From positions 34,596,001-34,660,000 of the forward strand of contig NC_043002.1 of assembly GCF_006345805.1 (NCBI RefSeq): a stretch of DNA of 64,000 nt, in the 5' to 3' direction. Source of the stretch: Octopus sinensis. Its lineage: Eukaryota. The notes beneath the pieces were generated by a model. That model was not told the origin of the DNA, ran no database searches, and saw only the letters and a program-made list of their open reading frames with translations. The position numbers and the translations under genes were made by a program. Positions 50,787 to 64,000 of this stretch are shown one piece after another. Position 1 is the stretch's first letter. Each line of letters begins with the position of its first letter.

Positions 50787-51739
50787 TTAATCATTTATAC
50801 ACATTCACAGGGATAGAAGAATATTAATGTAAAATCAGATAAAATTGTTTAAGAACCAATCAATGTTTATATGTTGTCTCTTTGCCCTATTACACAACAA
50901 CAAACAAATGAAACCTATGTTTTAACATCTAAAATTGTTTAATGCAAGATCACCCTTAATGAGCAGACCCATGATCAAAGGTATTCTAGCTACAACCTAC
51001 TACAGTGTCCCATGTCATTTTTTTTAAGAAAGTAGTGTGATTTGAAGAAAATTTGGCTGCTATTTCTAGAAGATTGAGTAACCACTTAGAGGTTCTATCT
51101 ATTGTATTGTTAAGTACACTCACTACTACTACTACAAAACCAATTAGTAGACCAAAGTTCTGAGAGAATAATTGCAGTAACTGCAGCAGAAGGCTGATTG
51201 AATTACTGTAAGTCAATTATTGAATAAAAAACAAAAAAAAAAAAAAAAAAAAGAAGAATGAGCTTTAATGAAATATATCTGATGGGATTGGTTAAACAAT
51301 TTTCAGTTTCAAAAACAGAACTATTGAATAAGCAAATAAAAGACAATGGGCAGGAGGTGGAGATAGGAGAGGCATTATGATTATTAGTTCTAACCAGTCA
51401 GATTAAAACTGGTAGAAAAATCCAAGACCTAGTTTCATTCCTCACTTCTAACACTTTCACTTAGCTTGAGATTTTCTTAGCCACAAATTTGACTCTTAGT
51501 GTATGTACAAGAAATCACTAGCTCTTCCAGTCTTCTTGTCGATGATGTTATAGTAGTAATAGTTCAGGTGCAATATAGAAGAAATAGAGAAAAGAACAGT
51601 TTTTTTTTTTATATATAAATAAAGTCAGTAGGTTAAATAGTTTCTAAGTGAAGGCCACAAATTTGGAAGATGGTGCAACAGTTTTGACAAATTGACCCCA
51701 GTATTTGAGAGAAATTGTTATAGTCAAACTGACTATAAA

Positions 51740-51966
51740 GGTGGCGAGCTGGTAGAATTGTTAGCAAGCCAGGAGAAATGCTTAGTGGTATTTTATCTGC
51801 CACTATGTTCTGAGTTCAAATTCCACCAAGGTTGACTTTGCCTTTCATCCTTTTGGGGTTGATTAAATAAGTACCAGTTACGCACTGGGGTCGGCATAAT
51901 TGCCTTAATCCCTTTGTCCTTGTTTGTCCCCTCTATGTCTAGCCCCCTGTGGGCAATAAAGAAATA
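51740..51966 (+). mobile_element. Near full-length tRNA-derived SINE
   Basis: A-box-like GAGCTGGTAG, B box GAGTTCAAATTCC, body and GCCCCCTGTGGGCAATAAAGAAAT tail. Confidence 0.8.
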
Positions 51967-52039
51967 AAAAGAGTCAAACTGACTCCAGAATTTGGCTGGT
52001 AATTTTTCTCTTTAACTTTTATAGCCTTCTCTCCTTCAA

Positions 52040-52530
52040 GACCAAAGGGGTTTATGGACATCTACTACTGTTGCCCAAAACCATATCGGATGTCATATTT
52101 TGGAAACTTCTGCACCTACAATATGAAATTGAGGATTCACCCAAGCTAATAGGGAATAGTAGTTCATGGTGAGGTCTGCAGAAAGGTTGTAACCATCATA
52201 ATCCATGTTTTGATTCCCTAGAGAAGAATTATCTTTACACATACTGTACAGGAAGCCAGTCTTGTTAATTTTGAAATACTTCATTGTCAGATGAATTGAA
52301 GCTTGTTCAGGCTAGTCCCTTGTGTGTCATGAAGACTTTTTTACTGTCAGCAACATAAGACTCAAAGTACTTGAAGCTACTAAGTTCCTTCAGTTGTCTG
52401 CTATCATTGGGACAAAACAGCAGATAGCTTTCGTCCTCACTGACAATCAAGTATACAGTCTTATTTGCATTGAGAAACTGACTAACTTTGACTGCAGCTT
52501 TCTCAAAGATTGTTAATAAGTCTTGCAAGA
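52040..52530 (-). mobile_element. RTE-like LINE remnant
   Basis: FLNANKT and SFKYFES (FKYLGS-like) RT C-terminal motifs. Confidence 0.5.
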
Positions 52531-52968
52531 GAATATCTTTTATTGCACAACAGAGTATTACATACAGTGAAAGAATTCTAAATTAAATATATCTTTATCA
52601 TATATATTTTAATATTGGAAAAATTTGACGTGACAGTATTGTTAAATAATCTTACTGATATTTATTTCAATTAATTAATTAAGTCCACATTTCTCAGTTA
52701 AACTACCTTTGTTTTAGCTGCAATATATGACATTTATTGACTACAGCTACTTTCTCCAGTTTTCATATTTCAACTCACATTAAAACTTGCTAAGTGTTAA
52801 CAATAGAAATTCTAATTTTAAAACATCTTTAACTAAATTAAATTATCTCAGGCATCTTCAATGAATATTTTCAAGCATAACCTGAGGTCAACCAAATTTT
52901 GTAAGTGAAATTTGGTAGACAGAAAACTGTATGGACTGTCTGTTCCTATTCTTGGGCAGTTTGTTTAA

Positions 52969-53187
52969 CCCTTTTGATACCAAACCACCTGAGACCACCC
53001 CTGGTTCTATGGCACAAATTTATTGTTTTAAAGTGATCTAAATTATAGTTTTCCATCAAAACTTGTTAATTTGTTCTAGATACAAGCTTAATAATGAGAA
53101 AGTTATTTTACTAAATTGTTCTTTATTTTAGAAATTAATTGAAACAAAGGTAGTATATATGTCAATAGAAATATGATAGCAAAAAGG
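52969..53187. mobile_element. piggyBac-like MITE, degenerate
   Basis: TTAA|CCCTTTTGATAC...ATAGCAAAAAGG|TTAA. Confidence 0.6.
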
Positions 53188-56100
53188 TTAAGCCTGTGGC
53201 CAGTTTAAAACTTGTGTCTGGTCCTAGAATCCAGTCTGTAGCAAATATTCAGTTTAGATATCAATGATCTGGGTGATACACAGAGGGGAGTATGAACAAT
53301 AATTATGTAACTGTCAGTGCAAAGGAAGAGCTATAATTTAGCTTCATGAAATTGATTTGTCCTTTCCACTGTCAACATAAATGGTCAAGTATTTGCTGCA
53401 TGTCAACAAAAGTAAAAATCAGCTAATTATCCTTCATTACATACTACAAGTTCATTTACCTAAACAGTGATCTTGCATCAAATGGCATTAATGTTCAGAA
53501 AAGATACTACAATCTTGGTAATTATTAGTTTTCAGTTACTGAACACTTACTCATTAGTAACTTTCCTGACACATAGTCCCCTGTCTTCTGACAAAACTTA
53601 CTTGAGAACTCAAGATTCAAAAATATTGATGATTAAGCAAATATTTAACACAATTTCTTATACTGCTGAAGGAAGTTAGATAACCTGTAGAAGTATGGAA
53701 AATAATTTCATTCGATAGCATTGGCCAATGTGAGATTAAGAGACAAGAGTACATGTACGGATATCTGATATCGGTGTAGAATACAGACTTCTGGGAATGG
53801 AGAGAGTGTGAGTAATTCAGAGAGAAGAAAAGAAGTAATGAGGTAAGATGCGAAAATGTCGGGCCTGGGAGATGGATGAAATAGTATGAAGATGAGAGGA
53901 GATATGTTACAATCATATCTAACACATGCTATGGGAAAACGGGCATTAAATCAATGGCAAAGACAGTAAAGTAAAATATTTCTTTCTATATGTCTACAGA
54001 AATAGATAAATTCCTGAAGTTAAACATTACTAGTAGATAAAGTTTATCATCTTAAATGTGTTCTTCCTTGAGCTGAAGAAAGAGCAGAGTTTGTATGTTG
54101 TTGCCGTGACTACTAGAAATAACAGCCAAATTTCTCTCAAATCACACCCACAATGAATAATGTATGGTCACGACTGGATCATTTCTGATATGTCTAGTGC
54201 ATCAGGCATGGTTGTATGGCAAAGAAGTTCACATAGCAACCATCTAGCTTTAGGTTCAATCCCATCAAGCAGTGTTGAGTAAATGTGTTTGAACAAAGTC
54301 TTGCATTGTTAGTGAAATTTATTAGATGGAAACTGAATGGTAGTTCATTATGTATATATGTACATGTGTTTGTTTCTTTAGCCATATACTGCAAAGATGT
54401 TAATCTCAGCCAAAAAGTAAACAAATGACGTACTCATTAAAGGAAGTTCACCAAGGTGCAGGTACTTCCATAGTTACTCTCACTTCCAGAAAGATAGTGA
54501 TTGATCCATTAAAAATTGTAGCTGATAATGCTAATGTACACAAATTGTGACATAAATTAAATAAACAACAATGTATGTTTTTTACATTAAATCAAACTAG
54601 ATACTATATAAACATGAATCCAGGATAGAAAAATTGCTGCCATAACCACCCACAAGACTTGGATCAAATATTTGTTATAATCCAGACAACTGTGCTATTG
54701 TATAATAATTACATAATGATGCTATTATGTGATTAGAGACCTGTATGTGGTTCTCGTATCTTTTATTTTTTTAAACTTTTTTCAGACATTTCACTGTGGG
54801 GCCAAACTGGAGCACCACCTTAAAGAGTTTTAAGTTAAACAAATCACCCACCAGTACTATTTTTCTTTGAAGTTTAGTACTTGTTCTCTAAGTTATAGGG
54901 CTATAAACAAACCAACACCAACACACAGACACACACACTTATAGATATGAATACATGAGAGGCTTCCACACAGTTTCTGCCTGCAAAATTCACTCATAAG
55001 GCATTGGTTGGCCCAAGGGTGCAATAAAAGACACTTGTCTAAGGTACCAAATGGGACTGAACCTGAAATTATGTAGTTGCAAAGCAAGCTTCTTAATCAC
55101 ACAGCCATGCCTGCACATCTGCATATTTTTTATATTTTGAATTTGTGTTGATAAAGTGTCTACTTTAATTGATTCAAATCGTTATAATTGAAAATTTTAA
55201 CACTTTTGTTAACATATGCTACTAATATTAATAATGCTGTAGGTCTTTACAAAATCATAACATTGAGAATTTCAGACGTGGGGAGGCAAGGGGGGGGGAT
55301 TCTTTCATAAATTATACAGCAATAATAATGAACTTTTACACTATGTAGTGAAGAAGACTAACTCAGCTTCCACATTCAAATCTTAATCACTTTTTTTTTA
55401 ATCACAGTTCAAATTATCGTAATTTAATTTTTAATGTTCCACTTCTAATAATTGTCGTCATCATCACTCTCATCAACAGTAAATTACATAAAGCGATGTA
55501 GCTATTATTTGGCCCATGGTCAAGCCTGATTGATTAGGCCTATGATCAAGAGTATTCCAAGACATCTGCTTTAGAGCTATCTAGACTACAATTATCTAAT
55601 GTATCCTTCTCTTTTAAATGGCAATAGGATTATAATTTGGGAAAGATATGGCTGTCATTTCTAGCAGGTTACATGATCATGTAAAAGCTTGCTCATCAGC
55701 CTGCTAGTTGTAAAATAAGGTGAATTTACATGTTTCATTAATTTTACAATCTTTATTATTAATACAACTTTCCACTTGGACCATCTCATCTCAGTCAAGC
55801 CTTCTCATATATTTTAGTGAGGCCAGATTTAAATTATGTATTAGTCTGATTGAATTTTTTGCCATTTCACTTATCCACTGCCTTTTGCACCATTCTCAGC
55901 ATTATCTTCAGAATTATCTACAGAATGCCAACACTCATTTTAATATTTATTTTTATGATATCAGGGAACACATCTGACAGTGGCAATCTCCATAGTTAAC
56001 CATGTGGGTTAAAGATTTCATAAAATAATTTTTTTTAAATCGCTATGTACTTCAGCTGTTCTCTAGCAGGTTCTCTTACCACAATCAATTCTTTAACAGA

Positions 56101-59100
56101 ATTTTTGAAAGATGTCAGAAGTTAACAAAAACCACCTTAGATTAAATTGTCAATACATTTCATCACAATTATCTGATAAGTTCATTTCACAACTATACCA
56201 GTAAATCATCCTGTCCTCACAACTATATTTTACCAGAACACATTGACTATTAAACAATAAGTATTCCAGCTTAGCAGACAACGTTTCTGTCTCTCTGTCT
56301 CATAACCGCACTGCACAACCTCAACCATATCAAGCTAACAAGAAGGGTCTACAGAGTGGCTCAAAATGTTAGAAATAATAGCCATATTACTCTCAAATCA
56401 TATCCCACTTTCTTACACAAGATACATTTGATAATGTAATCACTTATATATAAAAAAAAAAATTCATAGTAGGAATGAATTTCATAATAGGTCTACTGAA
56501 TCAGAGCTAATTTGGGGATAAATAACAACAAAAATGTCAGTCATACCATGTTATATACTGTGATGTTTAATGAACTGTTACATCTACTAATGCTATTACA
56601 ATTATAAACTTTCTAAATTAACTTGAAATTAATGATAAACTGAAAGTTCATATTGTTGCTTTTATGTTAAACTGTTGTATGTCCAAATTTGGCCAAATGT
56701 GTTTTGTTTTAAACTGTCGTATCTCCAGCTGCTTCAGATGGCAAGATATGAAAATTGTCAAAGTGTAGTACAATGGTTTAGCATTTTTCAAAAGTGTAGT
56801 AAGTCCCACGTTCAACAGTTTTGCAAACATAAAATATATCATACATGCATGGATTTAAAATTTTATGCAGCCAACAAAGTATTAGCGTTAAGCTGAAACT
56901 GTTGCTAATGTAAAAAGAAACAGAATGGTGAAACTATTTTTTCGTTTTCTGAAAAAGCAAATGTTTTGGACTTAGGACACTTTTACATAATAGCAATGAT
57001 ATGCTTTACTTTTATTTTCCAGATTTTTCGGAATCTTAACATACTGTGCTACCAGCATGCCAGTTTTGCCCAATCACAACTGATTCTGGGCTACACAACA
57101 ACAACAACAGTACTACTGACATCCATGTTGTAATTGTTATATCTATTCCTACAAAGGTTGACTCCTGTCTTATGATTCAAGTCTATTCTGCAATTTTAAT
57201 GTTTAGTCACAAAGTCCTTCTATTTATTGATTCCTATTTTGTAAGTAACAAATGCAAAAATATATATATTAGAACAAGTTGAGCCATTATCTTTCACTCT
57301 AGCAGACTGTCCATATTTATTTAAATATCTAAGTAAATGTAAGAGAATAGGCTGTCAGAGTGTATTTAAGCACAATTCTTATATGTCACCTTAAGTTAGT
57401 CTCATACATTAACAGCTATGCAACATGTAGCTATATACGCAACAAGTATTAGAAAGATAAACTTCCGTTAGACATTTCTAAAATTCGAAAAAGCTTTATC
57501 AATCAGATGAATCACTAAGTTTAATTATCCAGTAACATGTACAATGATCAAAAGCTTCCTGAACAAAATTAGTATCTATTATAGTTTTGTTTCCAACTAT
57601 AACAATAAAGCAATTCCATCAGCAAAATCAACTGTCTTCCCTTTCATGTCTTGGACAAGCATCTTTCCTCGGCATTAAATTTAAATAAATAAATGTAAAC
57701 CATCATAGACATATAAATTACTTCATATTTTGTATGCACAAACAATTCTGCTGAAAGCTGATGAAGCAATTCTATTTCTCTGATAAAAATGTTTTCTAAA
57801 AAGACATTCAACTTAGACCCAAAATTCTATATTGGATATGACATGGCAGTATAACAGCACAACTCCCCAACATTGTCATAATAACCTTTTAGGCATTCCT
57901 CTCAATCCTTTTTTTTTTTTCTTTCTTTCTTTTTTCTATCATTAGAAAAAAAATTCAGGAGAGCAGTCCTTCCTGAAACAGCACACATTTTATTATCCAA
58001 TTATTATCTTGACAAATAGGAATGAGTAATTAATAGTACAAAAGAAACAAATTTAATATTCAGTCATTAAATGTAACAGGTGTGTTCTTTCTGAATGACA
58101 AGTTATTAACAATCTACCTCAGGGGGCTGTTATCAGAAAATAGATTATCAGCTACACTTCACCAAGGAATGACATACCATCATATATTTTCTCTGTTAAT
58201 AAAATGTAACATTATAGTCAAAGAATAACAAATAAAATAAAGATCTAATCACATTAATCCAAGATACAGTTCATACAGTAAAATAATTATAAGACCTTAG
58301 AATGAATCTGTAAATTTTGAATGAAAAAAAAAATCTTCAGTGGCTGGAATTTAAGATGATATAGGGCAATTTCCCAGGATGCAGTCAGTATGAACAATAT
58401 ACAGTTAAGTAGGAGCTCATTTTAATTTAGTGAAGCACCAAAAGAGGGTTCATTAATTTAAAAAATTATTACCATTAATAACAATTTTTGCTAGGAGTGG
58501 CAAAGGAGAAAATTCTTAGAGTGAAACTGATTAAAACTAAATGGTTTTATAGGCTTAATGTTTTAATTATGAAGAGAAATGAGAACAGAAAACCACAATG
58601 TTCATAAGGAAGTATACAAAGAATTAATCCAAAAAATAAATGTTCACAGAATATCATGAAACATATACATATTTCACATGCACACACCTTGCATAGGAAT
58701 AGATACAGTAGGGTTGTCATAAAATGTATTACATAGGTCAACAAGAAAGGATGCATGCAGTAACTCATTCAGCAAGAAATATCAGCTAAATTTCATTAAA
58801 TCACCAAAAAAAGATATAGTGGCAGCAACTAGAACAATTTTGATCATAGTCTACTGGATCAGAATTGACCTGGGGCTAAACAACAACTGTTATTAGCTGT
58901 GTAGCTAATTAAAGCAAGTGAAGTGAAAGCTAACTGTGAAAGTGAAAGAAATTAAATTATCGTCCTGAAAAATCCTCCAGCAGTATTGTTTTTGAAGATA
59001 TAATAAACTTGTTCCCTGCCTAATGGCTTCTAAATATGAGGACAGTGGGAACAACTAGTAATTATTTGTTAGTGAAGCTGATATATAGTACAGAAAGGCA

Positions 59101-59473
59101 TTGCCATTTGCAGAAATACATTTGAGGTTATGAGGTCATTACCAACATATTTTTTTGAAATAATACAAGCACTATCATGCTAACTGAGAGATGAAGTCTT
59201 TCACAGTGACATGGACTTATATAGAAAGATTAATTTATTGAATATTTTTACACAAGCAGAAGGGAGCAAAGGAAACAGGATAAAAATAGCAGATGTAGAG
59301 GAGAGAATCATTGACAAAGTGAACTTTTGGAAACATTTGTAGTTGTTGTTGTTGCTTAGCCACACAACTGTCATGACTGCATAGAATTATGGTGAAAGCC
59401 TCCCAACTATGACCAGCCATCATTTTGTATAACAAGGACTACATTTTATAACATATACTTAACGTGTGTGTGT

Positions 59474-59521
<48 letters not shown>

Positions 59522-60167
59522 TTCTCTGTCTTCAGATGTACATCTTGAGATCATTTTTCACTATTTCATCCAAAGACTTCTTCCATCTTTCCCTTTCACA
59601 GGTACCATTTAGCACTTGTTCGTGCACCTGACATCTCTTGGTGGAGGACGAGGATAAGAGAAAAAATAGCACAAATAGACAAGGCAGCTGAGAGGACAGA
59701 TTTTAAGAATGATTGTGATTTATAAGAAGAATGTGGAGATTGAAAAAAGGATTGCGAAAGTAAAAAATTTAACGAGTAAAATTGGATGAAGACTTATTTC
59801 ACAGTGACGAGAAAGCAACACTATTAGAGGAAGAAAGAGCATATAAACTGGTGGTACTGTTTGGTAAAGAAGTAAAACTAACCACTGTTTTTCCAGTATG
59901 ACACATTACTGAACGTGGTTTTGTTCGACAATTTGTTGAAATACATGCAGGATATGTAAGACTGTATAAAAAGACTGATTAAATCAGGATTAGTTGGAAC
60001 AGTAAAATGGAATTGCCTGCTTTGTGGGGTAGGTAAATGATTTCATTTTCATTATATTATTCATTTTTCATGTTTGCATATGTCTTTTTATGTACTCCAT
60101 GTTTCGTGTTTTCTGTCCTTGTGATGTCCCCTCTATTTTGAGGCTTTATGCCTTTAATAAAGAGAAA

Positions 60168-60310
60168 AAGTGTCGAGTAGAGCGAGCTGGAGCAAATGGT
60201 AGTCTAGACGTCAAGTTCTGTTGAGTTGAGTCGTCGGAAGTGAGAGTTCGGTAGTTAGAGTAGAGGTACGTTATCGGCGAAGGTACGCCAGCAGAACGTG
60301 CAATATAACA
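60168..60310 (+). repeat. 5' LTR (5'-truncated)
   Basis: Homologous to ~62830-62956, ends ATAACA. Confidence 0.8.
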
Positions 60311-60339
60311 GCAGTGATGAGGTTTCAAATAGTACTGAA

Positions 60340-61375
60340 ATGGAAGAGCTACTGAAAGCAATTGTCAAACAACAACAGCAGCAACTACAGAAGTTAACAG
60401 AATTGTTACTGCAGTCGAGAAATACAACAGAATCATTTTCAGCGGATGGTGTTGCAAATTCCATCGGATGAAGGAACTATTTTTACTGCATATTACAGAC
60501 GATATGAAGACATATTCCAAGAGGAATGCAAGGGATGGTCTAGTGAAAGGAAGATAAGACTTCTTTTGTGAAAGCTTGCCCCTCTGGAACATGAAAGTTT
60601 TTGTAACTTTATTTTGCTGAGAAAGCCCGCGGAATTGTGTTTTGATGAAATGATAAATATTTTGACTAACATTTTTAGCAAAAGTTCGCAGTTTAACATT
60701 CAGCAGGAATGTTTAAATGTTGGTTCTTCTTCTGCTTGTGGTTCTGGTATGGTTAATAAGGTGTGTGAAAGGTTTAAGCTGGAAGAATTAATGCCAGATA
60801 TGATCAAGTGCCTAATATTTGTTAAATGGCTGGTGGCAATGGAAGACGCAGAAATTAGAAAAAGAATAAAAGCTGAATCAAGATGTGAAACTAAAGTTGT
60901 AAAACCAAAGAAAGTCTACTCAACAAAAGTAAATTATACCATACAAAATCGAAAGTTTGTGTTGGTAGAAATAATTGGTTATCAGACCAAAATGCAATTA
61001 AATACCAGTTCAGATATATTGATAATAAATATGGCAACATGGAGTAAGATAGGTAGGCCAGTGTATAAAAAAGCTACTAGGATAGCTCATGGTGTGTCAG
61101 AGGAATGAGTTCAATTCTACGGCAAAATTTCACCAGAAATAAAACTTAAAAACATGATATGGAAAAGTAAACTAATGGTATCTAAGAATACAATGAATCT
61201 GTTTGGGACAGATTTAATGGAAGAATTTGACCTGTGGAATCTACCACTGAATGCACTATGTAATAAAGTGAATGTGTCACAGTCCGTGTCAGAGAAAGCA
61301 TCGGAAAAATTGAAATTAAAATTGAAAAAGATGTACCCTGATGTGTTTTTGAAAGAACTTGGTATGTATAAATAA
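60340..61375 (+). pseudogene. Gypsy gag and protease remnant
   Basis: MEELLKAIVKQQ..., RRYEDIF, LRKPAELCFDEMINIL, MQLNTSSD (DTGSD-like), NLFGTDL; stops and frameshifts. Confidence 0.8.
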
Positions 61376-61379
61376 ATCA

Positions 61380-62320
61380 AAGCTATTGCACATGCATCAA
61401 GAGTTCTATTACCAGCGGAAAGGAACTACAGCCAGATTGAAAAAGAGGTGTTATCATTAATCTTCGCAGTAAAAAAACTCCATAAATTCTTACATGGGAG
61501 GAAGTTTACACTGCAAATGGATCACCGACCATTACTGTCTATTTTCGGTTCAAAAAAGGGTATCCCCACACACTCAGTAAACAGCTTACAGCACTGGGGA
61601 ACTACCCTGTTGAACTACGATTTCCAGATGGAGTTTTTGCTATCAATGAAAATGGGACATGCAGATGGGTTGTCGAGGATAATTCCAAAACATGAGGAAC
61701 CTTTTGAAGACACGGTGATTGCATCGTTAAAACTAAAACTGGAACTGAAGAACATTTTGTGCAATGTAGTACATGATTTGCCAGTAATGCTGGAACAAAC
61801 TAAATTGGAATCAGGAAAAGATAGGTTCATAAACAAGATTTTAAAAATCACGAAAAATATAAATGAGCAGGACGCAGGTTCAAAGCACTATTCAGTATGT
61901 GATGAGGTATTATTATATGCACAAAGAGTGGTAATACCTGAAGCACTGCAATACAGAGTATTAAAAGACTTTCATGTAGGACATCTGGGGATTGTCCAAA
62001 TGAAGAGCCTCATGAGGAGTTACGTTTATTGGCCAAATATGGACAAGCAAATTGAGAAACTGGTAAAACAGTGTAGGGGATGTGCTATGGCAGCAAAGGT
62101 GCCCCCAGTGCAGATTCAACCATGGCCAAAAAACGGATTTGGCAAGGTCTGGACTGCATGTGGATTTCGCAGGACCAATAAATGGCTCCTATTATATCAT
62201 TGTGGTGGATAGCTATTTCAAATGGCCTGAAGTGTGTAAATGTTCAAGGCCAACCACAAGTGTGACGATTGACTTCTTGGAAGAATTATTCGCTTGTTAT
62301 GGGGTGCCAGATACGAATGG
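61380..62320 (+). pseudogene. Gypsy pol remnant (RNase H, HHCC integrase finger, start of core)
   Basis: NYSQIEKE, DHRPLLSIF, ADGLSR, HVGHLG...YWPNM...CRGC, LHVDFAGP. Confidence 0.9.
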
Positions 62321-62745
62321 TGACGAAGTGTATTTTAAAATATATAGAAATGGAAAACAGGACTGGAAACAAGGAAATATAACTGGATGTCTGGGTAACA
62401 TGATGTACATTGTAATAACCATGTACATCAAAATATGAACATGGTACTAACCATGTATATCAAAACCAAAATATGAACACAGAAGGCATATAAACCAATT
62501 AAAAAAAAGATATACTCAAAATCAAGAGAGGGAAGAGGAACCAATGGATATATGGTATAATTTGTTCAAGGTCCCAGAACCACAAGCAGAAGAAGAACCG
62601 ACATGTAAATCAAACAGGAAGAAAAAACCTGCAGAAATGACGGAAATTAATGCTAAGAGAAAAAGATATGCCAGTTTCTTACCAAGGAAATAAAATTGAT
62701 AAATTCCGGTTTAGAAAAAAAAAGAAAACACTCAAAAGAGGGAGG

Positions 62746-62956
62746 TGTTGTGTAGACACCCCCAGACGATAAGTAGGCTAGTCCAATATGTATAAATAGT
62801 GGACGTGACAGCTAGTGATAGTGGACGAGAAGCATCGAGTAGAGCAAGCTGGAGCTGTCGGTAGTCTAGACATCGAGCGAGTTCTGTTGAGTCGAGTCGT
62901 CGGAAGTGAGAGTACGTTATCGGCGAAGGCACGCCATCCAAATGCGCGATATAACA
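62746..62956 (+). repeat. 3' LTR
   Basis: TGTTGT...ATAACA, preceded by PPT AAAAGAGGGAGG. Confidence 0.85.
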
Positions 62957-63059
62957 TAAATATACCCATATGCATGCACACACACATACACAAACAGGCA
63001 TATGCACATATTACATAATACCACTTATTTTACATCATTAACACACTTCTTATGACTTT

Positions 63060-63400
63060 TGATTCACCATACTTGCACTACTGGTTGGGTCGTCTGTGGT
63101 CAGGTCTTCTCCAGCATCATGAATTGTCAGTCAATGCAGTCATTTGTCATTTTTTTGTGTGACATGCAACATCTTCAGATCAATTTTACCACTTCTTCCC
63201 AAGTTATTCATGGCCTCCCTCTTTTATAGGTTCCATTTACCTCAAGCAGACAACACTTCTTTATATAGTAGCCAACCTCCATACACATCACATAACCATA
63301 CCAACAGACTTCTCTCTTGCATACTACATCTGATTCCTCTTGCATTTAGTTTTTTCTCACAGCTCATTAGTAACCTACCATTCATGCACACTAACATTAC
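63060..63400 (-). mobile_element. RTE LINE 3' remnant
   Basis: GIRCSMQERSLLVW region resembling RTE RLRWFGHV C-terminus. Confidence 0.5.
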
Positions 63401-63469
63401 ACATTTGAGAAAAAGAGAAGTTACTTCAAGTGAATCCAACCAAGAAGTTAATTGCTACATGTTACAAGG

Positions 63470-64000
63470 ACCTTTGAGAATTTAAAGGCAAAGAAAGCAG
63501 CTGGACCATCAAGTGATAATCACCAAGATGCTAAAAATATTTTGTGAAATGGAACATATACTGGTTAGTGAACAAGTCAATCAGGTTGTGTAGGGATGTG
63601 TTAATTTCAATGATTGGTGGAGCAGCAGTATTATGAACTACTACAAGGACAAAAGTGGCACTACAGAGAAAACTTGTCTAGATAAGATGCAGTTTGTGTT
63701 TGTGGCAAGAATTGACACCACTGATGGCATGTTCTTAGTGTAGCAATTGGAAGAGAGATTCTAAGTCAAGAACAAGTTCTTACATTTTCATAAGGGTACT
63801 ATGCTCTATGATCTGGTAGTCTTTAGAAAGTGTCCATCAGGGCTATTCACCTGTTTGTTACAGCTCCCTCACATCATAACAGAGTGTTTGTGGCAAGAAT
63901 TGACACCACTGATGGCATGTTCTTAGAGAGATTCTAAGAGAGAGATTCTAAGTCAAGAACAAGTTCCTACATTTTCATAAGGGTACTATGCTCTATGATC
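63470..64000 (+). mobile_element. RTE LINE RT remnant with local tandem duplication
   Basis: KKAAGP, NDWWSS, MQFVF..TTDGMFLV motifs; 63695-63810 repeated at 63885-64000. Confidence 0.65.

Larger units (their letters stand above)
60168..62956 (+). mobile_element. Ty3/Gypsy LTR retrotransposon, internally deleted and decayed
   Basis: Two homologous LTRs, PBS-like and PPT sites, gag, protease, RNase H and integrase remnants. Confidence 0.9.

Noticed and set aside
60311-60322. Gypsy PBS primed by the array's tRNA-Lys
   Set aside because: GCAGTGATGAGG does not match the expected TGGCGCCCGC

Overview
Eukaryotic, AT-rich, microsatellite- and SINE-dense genomic DNA; the SINE motifs resemble those of octopus/coleoid cephalopods (inference). 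No intact protein-coding gene is evident, and nearly all short ORFs in the track are microsatellite or tRNA read-through artefacts. 1-36.3 kb is a tandem array of 28 minus-strand, intron-containing tRNA-Lys(UUU) genes and pseudogenes (37-nt exon 1, ~19-nt intron, 36-nt exon 2). They sit in shuffled modules organised as a ~12.2/15.5-kb higher-order duplication plus an older ~2.8-kb duplication. The array also carries 10 plus-strand 3'-half tRNA fragments with a fold-back junction, 8 copies of a ~240-bp palindrome, hypervariable intron loops and leaders beside conserved upstream motifs, two copies that would splice to a UUA (ochre) anticodon and two with an internal T5 run. 36.3-64 kb is mostly decayed transposons (ORF1-only LINE-like element, HERO/NeSL-like RLE LINE, CR1, Tx1/L1, RTE, hAT and piggyBac MITEs, SINEs, internally deleted Ty3/Gypsy) plus one minus-strand exon with recursive-splice-site architecture.
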